From an uncultured Gemmatimonadaceae bacterium (GTDB lineage: Bacteria > Gemmatimonadota > Gemmatimonadetes > Longimicrobiales > RSA9): a DNA stretch of 64,000 nt. Numbering within the stretch: the stretch's first letter is position 1; the number at the start of each line of letters is the position of its first letter. A program made the position numbers and the translations under genes. This document shows positions 9,703 through 18,422 of the stretch, one piece after another. The DNA is taken from NCBI GenBank assembly GCA_964416095.1, contig CAYQCY010000004.1:8561-72560 (forward strand), in the 5' to 3' direction. A model generated the notes under the pieces. It saw nothing but the letters and a program-made list of their open reading frames with translations, was not told the origin of the DNA and did not search any database.

Positions 9703-11271
9703 TCAGGCACGCAAGACGATGGCGGTCCGGTCGTCGGGCGGGATGTCCAGCTCGGTGCCCTCGGCGCCGCGGAAGATCTGGTCGATGATGGCTCCGGGGC
9801 CGCGGGCCCTGAGCTCCACGACCCTGTCCAGGAGCTGCTGCTCGCCGTCGATGCCCGCCACGCCGGCGAACGCGTCGGAGAGCCCGTCGGTGAAGAGGAC
9901 GAGCAGGTCCTCCTCCGCCTCCCATTCGGTGACGGCCTCGTCGTGGACGGGGAGGGGGAAGGTGCCCAGCGGCGGGCTGGTGGCGGCCAGGCGCTCCACG
10001 GTACCGTCGCCGTGGACGCGGAAGGCGTGGGGGTGTCCCGCGTTGGCGTAGGCCAGGGTGCCTTCCGCCGGGTCCACGATGGCGTAGACGAGGGTCAGGT
10101 ACATCTCGGTGGACTCGAGCTCATCGATGAGAGCTCGGTGCACGTGACGCAGCACCTCGCCGGGGTTCCCCACCTCCTGGGCGTAGATGGCGATGGCGCT
10201 CATGGTGAGGGCCATGATGAGGGCTGCGGAGAAGCCGTGGCTCGAGACGTCGCCGATGACGACGCCGAGGCGCCCGCCCGTGAGGTGGAAGAGGTTGTAG
10301 AGGTCGCCGCCCACCGACTCGGCGGGCACGCAGCGTGCCGCCACCGTGCCCTGGCCGGTGAACTGGGTGGCGTCCGGCAGCAGCTTGAGCTGGAGGTCGT
10401 GGGCCAGCTCCATCTCGTGCTCGACCCGCTCGCGGCGCATGCTCTCCTGGACCAGACGGTGGGTCTCCAGGGCGGCGCCCACCTGGCTGGCCACGGCGGT
10501 CAGGAGGCGGGTATCGCCGGCGGTGAACCGTACGCCGGAGCGCTGTCCCACGAGGGTGATGACGCCCACGGTGCGCGGCGCGCCCTCGGGCGGCGTGAAG
10601 TTCAGCGGCGCCGACAGGTACGCTTCCTTCTCGGCGGGCCGCAGCTCGCCCTCGGCGGTGTCCAGGCCGGCACCGCGCTCCAGGTTGAGAGGCTGGCGCT
10701 CGCGGAAGACCCTCGCGGTGACGGAGCGGGGGTCGTCGTCCCGGATGTAGGTCGTGCGGCCCGGCTCGCCCACGGCGGCGGCACGGGTCAGGATGCGACT
10801 GGCCGGGTCGTGGATCCACAGGGCGCCCCGGCGCGCGCCGAGCACGTCCGTGACCTCTTCGAGGATGCGCCGGGCCGCGTCGTCCAGCGAGATGACCGAG
10901 GCGAGGATCTCGCTGATCGTGTAGAGCAGGTTGATCTCCTCGTAGCGCTCGCTCAGCTCCTGGGCCGCCGAGCGTGCTTCCTGCTCGTAGCGGAGGATGC
11001 GGTTCAACGTGTCGACGAGGAAGCTCACGGTCCGGCGGGGCGCGTCCTCCGACTCGACCTCCAGCAGCAGCTCCAGGAGCCGCGTGCCCTGGAGCTCGAT
11101 GGTCTCCGGCCCCGGTGACGGCGCGCCGTCCGCGTGCGGGTAGAGGCATCGCCAGGACTCGCCCGGCTCCCTGCCCCACAGGCGGACGGCTGCGTCGTGG
11201 GACGCCCGGAAGGCATCCAGCACATCGAACACGGACCCCGGCGGGGTGAGGTCGGCCATCGCCGTCGTCAT
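9703..11271 (-). CDS. GAF-domain PP2C/SpoIIE-family serine phosphatase (RsbU-like)
   Basis: 522-aa ORF with a central GAF-like region and a C-terminal PP2C region (GGDLYNLF, VIGDVSSHG, FTDGLSDA). The start overlaps the upstream kinase stop (ATGA). Confidence 0.85.
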   Translation of the reverse strand: MTTAMADLTPPGSVFDVLDAFRASHDAAVRLWGREPGESWRCLYPHADGAPSPGPETIELQGTRLLELLLEVESEDAPRRTVSFLVDTLNRILRYEQEARSAAQELSERYEEINLLYTISEILASVISLDDAARRILEEVTDVLGARRGALWIHDPASRILTRAAAVGEPGRTTYIRDDDPRSVTARVFRERQPLNLERGAGLDTAEGELRPAEKEAYLSAPLNFTPPEGAPRTVGVITLVGQRSGVRFTAGDTRLLTAVASQVGAALETHRLVQESMRRERVEHEMELAHDLQLKLLPDATQFTGQGTVAARCVPAESVGGDLYNLFHLTGGRLGVVIGDVSSHGFSAALIMALTMSAIAIYAQEVGNPGEVLRHVHRALIDELESTEMYLTLVYAIVDPAEGTLAYANAGHPHAFRVHGDGTVERLAATSPPLGTFPLPVHDEAVTEWEAEEDLLVLFTDGLSDAFAGVAGIDGEQQLLDRVVELRARGPGAIIDQIFRGAEGTELDIPPDDRTAIVLRA

Positions 11272-11708
11272 GTCCCGTACCCCGTCCCGTCGCAGGGCCG
11301 GTCCCGGTGAAGCTCCATGGCGATGGAGTTGCCTCGCTCGTTGAACTCGACCCGGTCCATGAGCTTGCGGATCAGGAAGACGCCCCGGCCGCTCGTGAGC
11401 AGCCGGTTGGCGGGCAGGGTCGGATCCGGCAGCGCGTCGGGGTCGAACCCGCCGCCCTCGTCGGTGACCCGGATCCGGATCATCTCGGACGTGCAGCGAG
11501 CGTCCACCCGCACCTGCTTCGCCGGGTCCGTCCGATTGCCGTACAGCATGGCGTTGGCGATAGCTTCCGCCACGCCGACACGGAAGTCGAGCCGGAGCCG
11601 GTCCTCGTCGAACCCGGCGTCGCGGCAGCGCTCGACGAGGAATTCCACGGCACGCTCGATGGCGTCCAGCTCGCTGGACAGCTCGAGCGTGTACGTCGCC
11701 TCGTCCAT
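11268..11708 (-). CDS. anti-sigma regulatory factor / serine protein kinase (RsbW/SpoIIAB-like HATPase)
   Basis: 146 aa with N-box-like AEAIANAMLYGN and G-boxes DEGGGFD and GRGVFLIRKLMD. Confidence 0.8.
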   Translation of the reverse strand: MDEATYTLELSSELDAIERAVEFLVERCRDAGFDEDRLRLDFRVGVAEAIANAMLYGNRTDPAKQVRVDARCTSEMIRIRVTDEGGGFDPDALPDPTLPANRLLTSGRGVFLIRKLMDRVEFNERGNSIAMELHRDRPCDGTGYGT

Positions 11709-11712
11709 AGGC

Positions 11713-12045
11713 TCAGAAGGCGTTCAGCGCCTCGTCCCGTCCGTCGGCGATCTGGAAGAGGGTGTCCAGCTTCGTGAGCTCGAAGAGCGTCCGCAGGTCC
11801 TCGTTCAGGTTGGCCAGCCGCAGCTCGCCGCCCTGCTCGCGGATCTTCTTGGACAGGCTCACCAGGACGCCCAGTCCCGAGGAGTCGATGTATCCGGTCT
11901 TGTCGAAATCGATCAGGAACTTCCGGTTCCCATCCTCGAGCTCGTCCAGCACCTTCTGCTTGAGCTCCTGGCGGTTCCCCACGATGAGCTGGCCCTCGAC
12001 GTCGATCACGGTGACGTCGCCCTGTTTCGTGACCACGAAGCTCAT
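11713..12045 (-). CDS. STAS-domain anti-sigma factor antagonist (RsbV/SpoIIAA-like)
   Basis: 110 aa, with the phosphorylatable-Ser context YIDSSGLGVLV. GGGAGGAAGC lies upstream of the ATG. Confidence 0.85.
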   Translation of the reverse strand: MSFVVTKQGDVTVIDVEGQLIVGNRQELKQKVLDELEDGNRKFLIDFDKTGYIDSSGLGVLVSLSKKIREQGGELRLANLNEDLRTLFELTKLDTLFQIADGRDEALNAF

Positions 12046-12100
12046 GCTTCCTCCCGGGTAGCGTGGCCGGCGCCGCCGGTGCGGCCCGGCCCTGGTATCA

Positions 12101-13096
12101 TTATGCGAGCAGGGCGGTGATGCACGCCACGTTCACGATGTCGTCGAAGGTGGCGCCACGGGACAGGTCGTTGCACGGCCGGTCCAGGCCCTGCAGGATC
12201 GGCCCGATGGCCTCGGCGCCCGCCAGGCGCTGCGTCAACTTGTAGCTGATGTTCCCCGCGTCCAGCCCCGGGAAGACCAGCACGTTGGCCCGGCCCTCCA
12301 CCGGCGAATCCGGCGCCTTGCTGCGGGCAATGTCCTGGATGAGCGCCGCGTCGACCTGCAGCTCGCCGTCCGCCACGACCTCCGGCATCGCCTCCCGGAA
12401 CAGGGCGAGCGCCTCCCGCACCAGGTCCACGGTGCGGCCCTCCGCACTGCCTCGCGTGGAGTAGGAGAGGAACGCGACCCGTGGCTCGTCGCCCACGATC
12501 TTGCGGCGCGCGGTGGCCGCGGCCTTGGCGATGTCGGCCAGTTGCGCGGCATCGGGCTCCGGCACCACGGCCCCGTCGGTGTAGGTCAGCACCTCGGCCT
12601 CATCACCGCCGCGGAACGGCGGCACCACCATGTAGAACGACGACGACACCGTCTCGATGCCTGGCGTCGTGCCCACCGACCGGATCGCCGCACGCAGCAC
12701 CGACGCCGTGGTGTGCACCGCGCCGGCCACCGACCCGTCCACCACACCCTGCCGGACCAGCATGGCGCCGAAGGTCAGCGGCTCGCAGACCTCGGCCCGC
12801 GCCGTGTCCAGGTCGATGCCCTTGTGCTTGCGGCGCTCGAAGTACGCATCGCACAGCTCGTCCACCAGCGGGTCCGTCGACGGGTCCATGATCCGCACGG
12901 CGTCCCCGGCTACACCCGCCCGCTCCAGCGCGCGACGCGTCGCGTCCGCGGGACCGAGCACCACCGGCTCGACGAGCTCCTGCTCCACCAGCACCGCCAC
13001 CGCCTGGATGGTCCGCTCGTCCGTCCCCTCCGGCAGCACGATGGTCCGTCCCAGCGTCGCCGCCCGGCGACGCAGATCCTCGATGTACGCGCTCAT
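12101..13096 (-). CDS. pta: phosphate acetyl/butyryltransferase
   Basis: 331-aa short-form Pta with [11 protein letters not shown], a STRGSAEG-type region and CNDLSRGAT near the C-terminus. Confidence 0.8.
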   Translation of the reverse strand: MSAYIEDLRRRAATLGRTIVLPEGTDERTIQAVAVLVEQELVEPVVLGPADATRRALERAGVAGDAVRIMDPSTDPLVDELCDAYFERRKHKGIDLDTARAEVCEPLTFGAMLVRQGVVDGSVAGAVHTTASVLRAAIRSVGTTPGIETVSSSFYMVVPPFRGGDEAEVLTYTDGAVVPEPDAAQLADIAKAAATARRKIVGDEPRVAFLSYSTRGSAEGRTVDLVREALALFREAMPEVVADGELQVDAALIQDIARSKAPDSPVEGRANVLVFPGLDAGNISYKLTQRLAGAEAIGPILQGLDRPCNDLSRGATFDDIVNVACITALLA

Positions 13097-13099
13097 GAA

Positions 13100-13612
13100 T
13101 CACTCCACGGCGCTGCCGAACCGTTCCTCGAGCCGCGTCAGGACGCCCGGCGGCACGAACTCCTGGACATCTCCGCCCAGCGACGCGATCTCCCGCACCA
13201 GCGACGAGGACAGGTAGGAATACCTGGGGTCCGGTGCCAGGAACAGCGTCTCGATCTCCGGCCAGAGCTGCCGGTTCATCAGCGCCATCTGAAATTCATA
13301 TTCGAAATCGGATACAGCGCGGAGCCCCCGCAAGATGAGCCGTGCGTCCTGGCGCCGCGCGAACTCCACCAGCAGTCCCTCGAACGGCGTGGCGTCGACC
13401 CGGGGCTCGTCCCGAAACACGTCCCGGATCATGTCCACCCGCTCCTCGATGGTGAACAGCCCCTGCTTCGCGTGCGTGGCGCGCTGGGCCACACCCACCA
13501 CCACCCGCTCGCAGAACCGGAGCGCGCGCCTCACGATGTCCTCGTGACCCCGGGTTACGGGATCGAACGACCCCGGATAGACCGCGGTCCGCGTCACCGA
13601 TTCGTCGCTCAT
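13100..13612 (-). CDS. coaD: phosphopantetheine adenylyltransferase
   Basis: 170 aa with AVYPGSFDPVTRGHEDI. ATGA overlap with the rsmD stop. Confidence 0.9.
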   Translation of the reverse strand: MSDESVTRTAVYPGSFDPVTRGHEDIVRRALRFCERVVVGVAQRATHAKQGLFTIEERVDMIRDVFRDEPRVDATPFEGLLVEFARRQDARLILRGLRAVSDFEYEFQMALMNRQLWPEIETLFLAPDPRYSYLSSSLVREIASLGGDVQEFVPPGVLTRLEERFGSAVE

Positions 13613-14136
13613 TCCGGTCTCGGGATGGAGGTCAATGCCGTGTCGCCGTACCGCCGGGTCCGGGCACCAGCCAGCTCCGGCAGCGCCTCGTCGCTGCGAT
13701 GCTCGACCCAGAGCCAGGCGGCGAACGGCCCGCGCTCGAACAGACGGACCAGCGTACCGGCGTGTCCGCGCCCGTACGGCGGGTCGGCCAGGGCCACATC
13801 GAAGGCGCCCGCCTCCAGTCGCTCAACGTAGCGCGTGGCGTCCGCCCGAACCACCGTGGCCTCGACCTCGGCGCCCAGGCGCTCGATGTTCGCCTTCAAC
13901 GCACGGATCGCGCTGCCCGACTGCTCCACGAAGGTGGCATGTCCGGCGCCTCGGGACAACGCCTCCAGCCCCAGGGAGCCGGAGCCGGCGAAGAGGTCGA
14001 GGATGCGGGCGCCCGGGAGGAGTGGCTGCAGCGCGCTCATCCACGCTTCCCGGACCCGGTCCGTGGTGGGGCGGGTGTCCCGTCCCGGCGGCGCCTGGAT
14101 GGTGTGGCCCTTCCAGCGCCCGGCGATGATGCGCAT
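13609..14136 (-). CDS. rsmD: 16S rRNA (guanine966-N2)-methyltransferase
   Basis: 175 aa, MRIIAGRWKG...RPTTDRVREA...DLFAGSGSLGLEALSRGA...DPPY. Confidence 0.85.
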   Translation of the reverse strand: MRIIAGRWKGHTIQAPPGRDTRPTTDRVREAWMSALQPLLPGARILDLFAGSGSLGLEALSRGAGHATFVEQSGSAIRALKANIERLGAEVEATVVRADATRYVERLEAGAFDVALADPPYGRGHAGTLVRLFERGPFAAWLWVEHRSDEALPELAGARTRRYGDTALTSIPRPE

Positions 14137-15866
14137 CAGACGCGCAGGTCGACGAGGCGGGCCTGGAGCCGCGCACGGCCCCTCCAGCGGTCCTCGTGGA
14201 GCTGGTACGCCACGTCCAACGGCCGCTCCCGCCGTAGCGCCTCCTGGACCCGCTCCGCCATGTGGAACCCGATGGCTTCGAGGCGCGCCCCGTCCCGGGC
14301 CAGGCTCATCTTGACGTGGCCGTCGCCCACCACACGAGGGCGCTCCACCGTCACGCCGCGGGTGAAGAAGACCGGCGTGGGGTTGCCGATACCGAACGGT
14401 CCCATGTGGCGGAGCATGCGGTACAGCTCTTGACTCGCCTCGGCCAGGTCCAGCTCCAGGTCCACGCCGATCCGGGACACGAGCAGGTCTTCCGTGAGGG
14501 CCCGGCCGGCCCGGACGTTGAACGCCTCCCGGAATGCATCGATGCGGTCCGGCCTGATGTCGAAGCCTGCCGCCGCCTTGTGGCCGCCGAACCGCTCCAG
14601 GTGCGCTCCGCAGTCGTGGATCGCGGCGAAGAGGTCGAACCCCGCGATGGACCGGGCGCTGCCCCGGGCCACGCCGCCGTCCCCGGAGAGCGCGATGAGG
14701 GCCGTCGGCCGGTGGACCCGCTCGGCGACCCGGGACGCCACGATCCCGATCACGCCCGGATGCCAGCCCTCCCCGGCCAGCACCACCCCCCGGTCCCGGT
14801 CGGGATCGTACTCCTCCGCGAGGCGCGCCAGCGCTTCGTCCAGGATCGACCGGTCCGTCGCCTGGCGCTCCCGGTTGAGCTCGTCCGCGCGCCGGGCGAG
14901 GCGGTCCGCCTCGCCGTCGTCCTCGGTCAGGAGCAGACGCACGCCCAGCTTCGCGTCCGCCAGCCGCCCGATGGCGTTGATGCGTGGCGCCAGGACATGG
15001 CTCAGGTGGCCGCCCGCCAGGCGCTCCACGTCGGCGAGGCCGGCGACGCGGATCAGGGCGACGAGCCCCGGCTTCCGGGTCTGCCGCAGCACACGCAGCC
15101 CGAAGTGCGTGAAGACCCGGTTCTCACCCACCAGGGGCATGAGGTCGGCGACCGTGGCCAGGGCCACCAGGTCGAGGTGGTAGAGGATCGACTCCTCAGC
15201 CAGACCGTATCGCCGGCCAAGGGCCTGGCAGAGCTTGAAGGCGACACCGGCACCGCACAGAGCGGGGTTCGGGTAGTCGCAGTCGGCCCGGTTCGGGTTC
15301 AGGACGGCCAGGGCCGGCGGCAGGGCGTCCCCCGGGGTGTGGTGGTCCGTCACGATGACGTCGCGACCATCGGCCCGGGCGGTGGCCACGGCCTCGTGGG
15401 CCACGATGCCGCAGTCGGCGGTGAGGATGACCGCGGCACCCGCCTCCCCCGCGGCCCCGAGGCCCGCGGGCCCGAGGTCGTACCCGTCGGCCATACGATC
15501 GGGGACGAACGGCTGCACCGAGGCGCCCACCGCCTGCAGCACGCGGGTCAGGAGGGCGGTCGCCGAGATCCCGTCCACGTCGTAGTCGCCGTGGACCAGG
15601 ATCGTCTCGCCGCGGCGAATCGCGCGTTCCAGGCGCTCCACCGCCACGTCCATGTCCTTCAGGGCAAAGGGGTCGTGCAGTTGCTCGATGCCGGGCCGGA
15701 GGAAGGTCCGGGCAGCGTCCGGCGTGTCCCGGCCCCGGGCGACCAGGAGACGGCAGAGAGGCTCGGGGAGGGTGAGGGCTTGTCGGAGCGCCCGCACGGC
15801 GTCGTCGTCGATCCGGTCGGCCCGGGGGGACCAGCGGCGGGGCACCTCGGGGAGCGCCGCCATCAT
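14136..15866 (-). CDS. recJ: single-stranded-DNA-specific exonuclease RecJ
   Basis: 576 aa with DHH (HGDYDVDGISA, DCGI, VTDHH) and DHHA1 (GGHKAAAGF) motifs. Confidence 0.9.
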   Translation of the reverse strand: MMAALPEVPRRWSPRADRIDDDAVRALRQALTLPEPLCRLLVARGRDTPDAARTFLRPGIEQLHDPFALKDMDVAVERLERAIRRGETILVHGDYDVDGISATALLTRVLQAVGASVQPFVPDRMADGYDLGPAGLGAAGEAGAAVILTADCGIVAHEAVATARADGRDVIVTDHHTPGDALPPALAVLNPNRADCDYPNPALCGAGVAFKLCQALGRRYGLAEESILYHLDLVALATVADLMPLVGENRVFTHFGLRVLRQTRKPGLVALIRVAGLADVERLAGGHLSHVLAPRINAIGRLADAKLGVRLLLTEDDGEADRLARRADELNRERQATDRSILDEALARLAEEYDPDRDRGVVLAGEGWHPGVIGIVASRVAERVHRPTALIALSGDGGVARGSARSIAGFDLFAAIHDCGAHLERFGGHKAAAGFDIRPDRIDAFREAFNVRAGRALTEDLLVSRIGVDLELDLAEASQELYRMLRHMGPFGIGNPTPVFFTRGVTVERPRVVGDGHVKMSLARDGARLEAIGFHMAERVQEALRRERPLDVAYQLHEDRWRGRARLQARLVDLRV

Positions 15867-15891
15867 GCCTCCCGGGCCTCGGCCGGTCCCC

Positions 15892-16599
15892 TCACTCGCC
15901 CGCGTACAGAATCACGCCGCACGCCTCGCACCGGTACAGGCCCCTGCCTTCGCGGATCTCGTTCTGTTGCTGGATGGGAATCATGCTGAAGCAGTGGCCG
16001 CATGCCCCGTCCGGCGTGAGCTTGGCCAGCACCACCTTGGTCCGACCGGACCGGACCTTGTCGTAGAGCTTGGCGGCCCGGTCGTCCAGCCGGATCCAGT
16101 TGTTCTCTCGCCTGTCCTTCAGCAGGTCCAGGCGCTCCTGCGCCTCGCGACGCTCGTTCAGGATCTCCCTGCGCCTGGGCTCGAGCTCCTCCCGGGCCTC
16201 CGTCAGCTTCTTCTCCATCTCGTCCAGCTTCAGCTCGACCCGCGTGGCCTGCTCCATGGCCCGGATGGCATCGGTCTCGTCGGCTTCCGTGGCCCGGCGG
16301 ACCAGGTCGATCTCCGTGCGGGCCGCAGCCTCCTCCCGGGCCGTCCTGACCCGCTGGATCCGTTCCTCGTACTTCTTCAGCGTCGCACGCTTCTCGTCGG
16401 CGCCGCTCTCGAGACGACGGATCTCCTCCCGCAGCTCCTTGAGCCGGGTCCGCACCGTCTCGACTTCCTTCGCCATGGCCTCCACCGGCTCGTCGAGCTC
16501 CTGCAACCGCGGCTCGAACTCGGCCAGCTTCTCTCTCGCTCGCTCGATGTCCTCATCCAGCTCCTGGATCGCCAGGAGCGCCTCGAATGTCTCGTTCAT
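15892..16599 (-). CDS. coiled-coil C4 zinc-ribbon protein (COG1579/DUF164-like)
   Basis: 235 aa: a long heptad-rich Glu/Arg/Lys coiled coil followed by CGHC...CEAC. Confidence 0.75.
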   Translation of the reverse strand: MNETFEALLAIQELDEDIERAREKLAEFEPRLQELDEPVEAMAKEVETVRTRLKELREEIRRLESGADEKRATLKKYEERIQRVRTAREEAAARTEIDLVRRATEADETDAIRAMEQATRVELKLDEMEKKLTEAREELEPRRREILNERREAQERLDLLKDRRENNWIRLDDRAAKLYDKVRSGRTKVVLAKLTPDGACGHCFSMIPIQQQNEIREGRGLYRCEACGVILYAGE

Positions 16600-16646
16600 G
16601 CTCTGCGTTCAGCGTGGGTCATTGGGAATGGCCGGTCCGACTCCGA

Positions 16647-18422
16647 CTAACGGTTCCTGAGCCTGCGGCCCCAGGCGCGCCAGCGCGTGGACAACCCGTC
16701 GAGCTCACGACGCAACTCGTTGATCTCTTTGAACAGGGTCGCCCGCTCGTCCAGCGCCGATTCCGCCAACCGCCGCTCGATCTCGCCGATCCGGTCCTGC
16801 AGCACCCGGATCCTGAACCCGTCCACCGTCTCCGCGAAGACCCGGTCCGTCTCGCCCAGGTCCCCGCCCGACGCGTGCAGCTCGTCGAGCAGCGTCCGGG
16901 CTTCCGGCTCCAGCTCCTCCAGCACCGCCGGATCCGCGGTTCCGTGCTCGACCAGGGCCTGGAACAGCTCCCGGTGCGCCGGACGGCGGAACTCCTCCGG
17001 CTTCACCACCTCCGCCGCCTGGTCGATCCGTTCTGCGTCCTGGACCATCAGCAGCAGGAGCACGCGTTCCACCGACTCCAGTGGCTGCGCGGGCCGCCCG
17101 GACTCCGCCGGCCGCCTCGGCGAGGGCGCCGACACCCGTTCCGCCGGACGAGCCTCCCGCTCCAGCGTCTCGCGCCGGACCCCGGTCCGCTTCGCCACCC
17201 GGTCGATGTAGATGTCCCGGAGCGCCGGGTCCGACGCCGACCGCAGCGTGGGCAGCAGCCCATCGATCGCTTTGCGGGTGCCATCCACGTCCTCGAAGTA
17301 CGCCCGCTCGTCCAGGATCTGGATCTTCCGATCCAGCACGTCGACGGCGTCGTCGAGGTACGGCTTCAGCGCCGCCGCCCCTCCCGTCCGCACGATGGAA
17401 TCGGGATCTTCCCCCGCGGGCAGCGTGACGGCCAGCGGATGGACACCAGCCCGCAGCAGCGCATCCCCGGTGCGGAAGGTGGCACGCAGACCGGCGCTGT
17501 CGCTGTCGTAGAGGAGCAGCGCCTGCCGGGTGTAGCGTGCCAGCAGCGCCGCCTGCTCTTCCGTCATGGCCGTGCCCAGCGGTGCCACGACGTTCCCCAC
17601 ATCCGCCGCAGCCAGAGAAACGTAGTCCATGTACCCTTCCACGACCAGGGCCGCCCCCTCCTTGCGGATGGCGCTCCGCGCCCAGTGGAGCCCGTACAGG
17701 ATCGTGCCCTTGTGGTACAGCGGGGTCTCGGGCGAGTTCAGGTACTTGGGCGCGTTGGGCGACGCTCCGGACAGGACGCGACCGCCGAAGGCCACCACGG
17801 AGCCACCGGGCGTGGTGATGGGGAAGATCAGGCGGTCCCGGAACCGGTCGTAGGGTTCATCGACCTTCTCGGACCGCTTGATCAGCCCGGCCTGCTCCAG
17901 GACGTCTTCGTCGATGTCGTGGGTCGCGGCGGTCTCCTTGAGGGCGCGCCACTCGTCGGGCGCGTAGCCCAGCAGGAACCGTTCTGCCGCATCGCGTCCG
18001 ACCCCCCGTGATTCGAGGTAGGCGCGGGCGCGCTCGCCCGAGGCTTCCTCCCAGAGCTGGCGCTGGTAATAGTCTGCCGCGAAGGCGACGGCCTCGCGGA
18101 GCGGGGCCAGGGCGTCGTCCCGCGGTGAGTCCTGCCGCGGGATCTCCACGCCGTACCCGGCCGCCAGCTTCTCCACGGCTTCCTGGAATCCGAGTCCCAG
18201 GTGCTTCATGAGGAAGGAAAAGACGTCGCCGGACTCGCCGCAGCCGAAGCACTTGAAGAAGCCCTTCGAGGGCACCACGTAGAAGGACGGGGTCTTCTCC
18301 TGGTGGAACGGGCAGAGCCCCTTGAAGTCCTTGCCGGACCGCTTGAGCTGGACGTGCTGGCCGATGATCTCGACGATGTCCGCGCGGTCCCGGACTTCCT
18401 CGACGACGTGGTCCGGGATCAC
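16647..18422 (-). CDS. dnaG: DNA primase
   Basis: 591 aa with the zinc-finger CPFHQEKTPSFYV...CFGCG and a Toprim region (VVEGYMDY, YDSDSAG). Confidence 0.9.
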   Translation of the reverse strand: MIPDHVVEEVRDRADIVEIIGQHVQLKRSGKDFKGLCPFHQEKTPSFYVVPSKGFFKCFGCGESGDVFSFLMKHLGLGFQEAVEKLAAGYGVEIPRQDSPRDDALAPLREAVAFAADYYQRQLWEEASGERARAYLESRGVGRDAAERFLLGYAPDEWRALKETAATHDIDEDVLEQAGLIKRSEKVDEPYDRFRDRLIFPITTPGGSVVAFGGRVLSGASPNAPKYLNSPETPLYHKGTILYGLHWARSAIRKEGAALVVEGYMDYVSLAAADVGNVVAPLGTAMTEEQAALLARYTRQALLLYDSDSAGLRATFRTGDALLRAGVHPLAVTLPAGEDPDSIVRTGGAAALKPYLDDAVDVLDRKIQILDERAYFEDVDGTRKAIDGLLPTLRSASDPALRDIYIDRVAKRTGVRRETLEREARPAERVSAPSPRRPAESGRPAQPLESVERVLLLLMVQDAERIDQAAEVVKPEEFRRPAHRELFQALVEHGTADPAVLEELEPEARTLLDELHASGGDLGETDRVFAETVDGFRIRVLQDRIGEIERRLAESALDERATLFKEINELRRELDGLSTRWRAWGRRLRNR

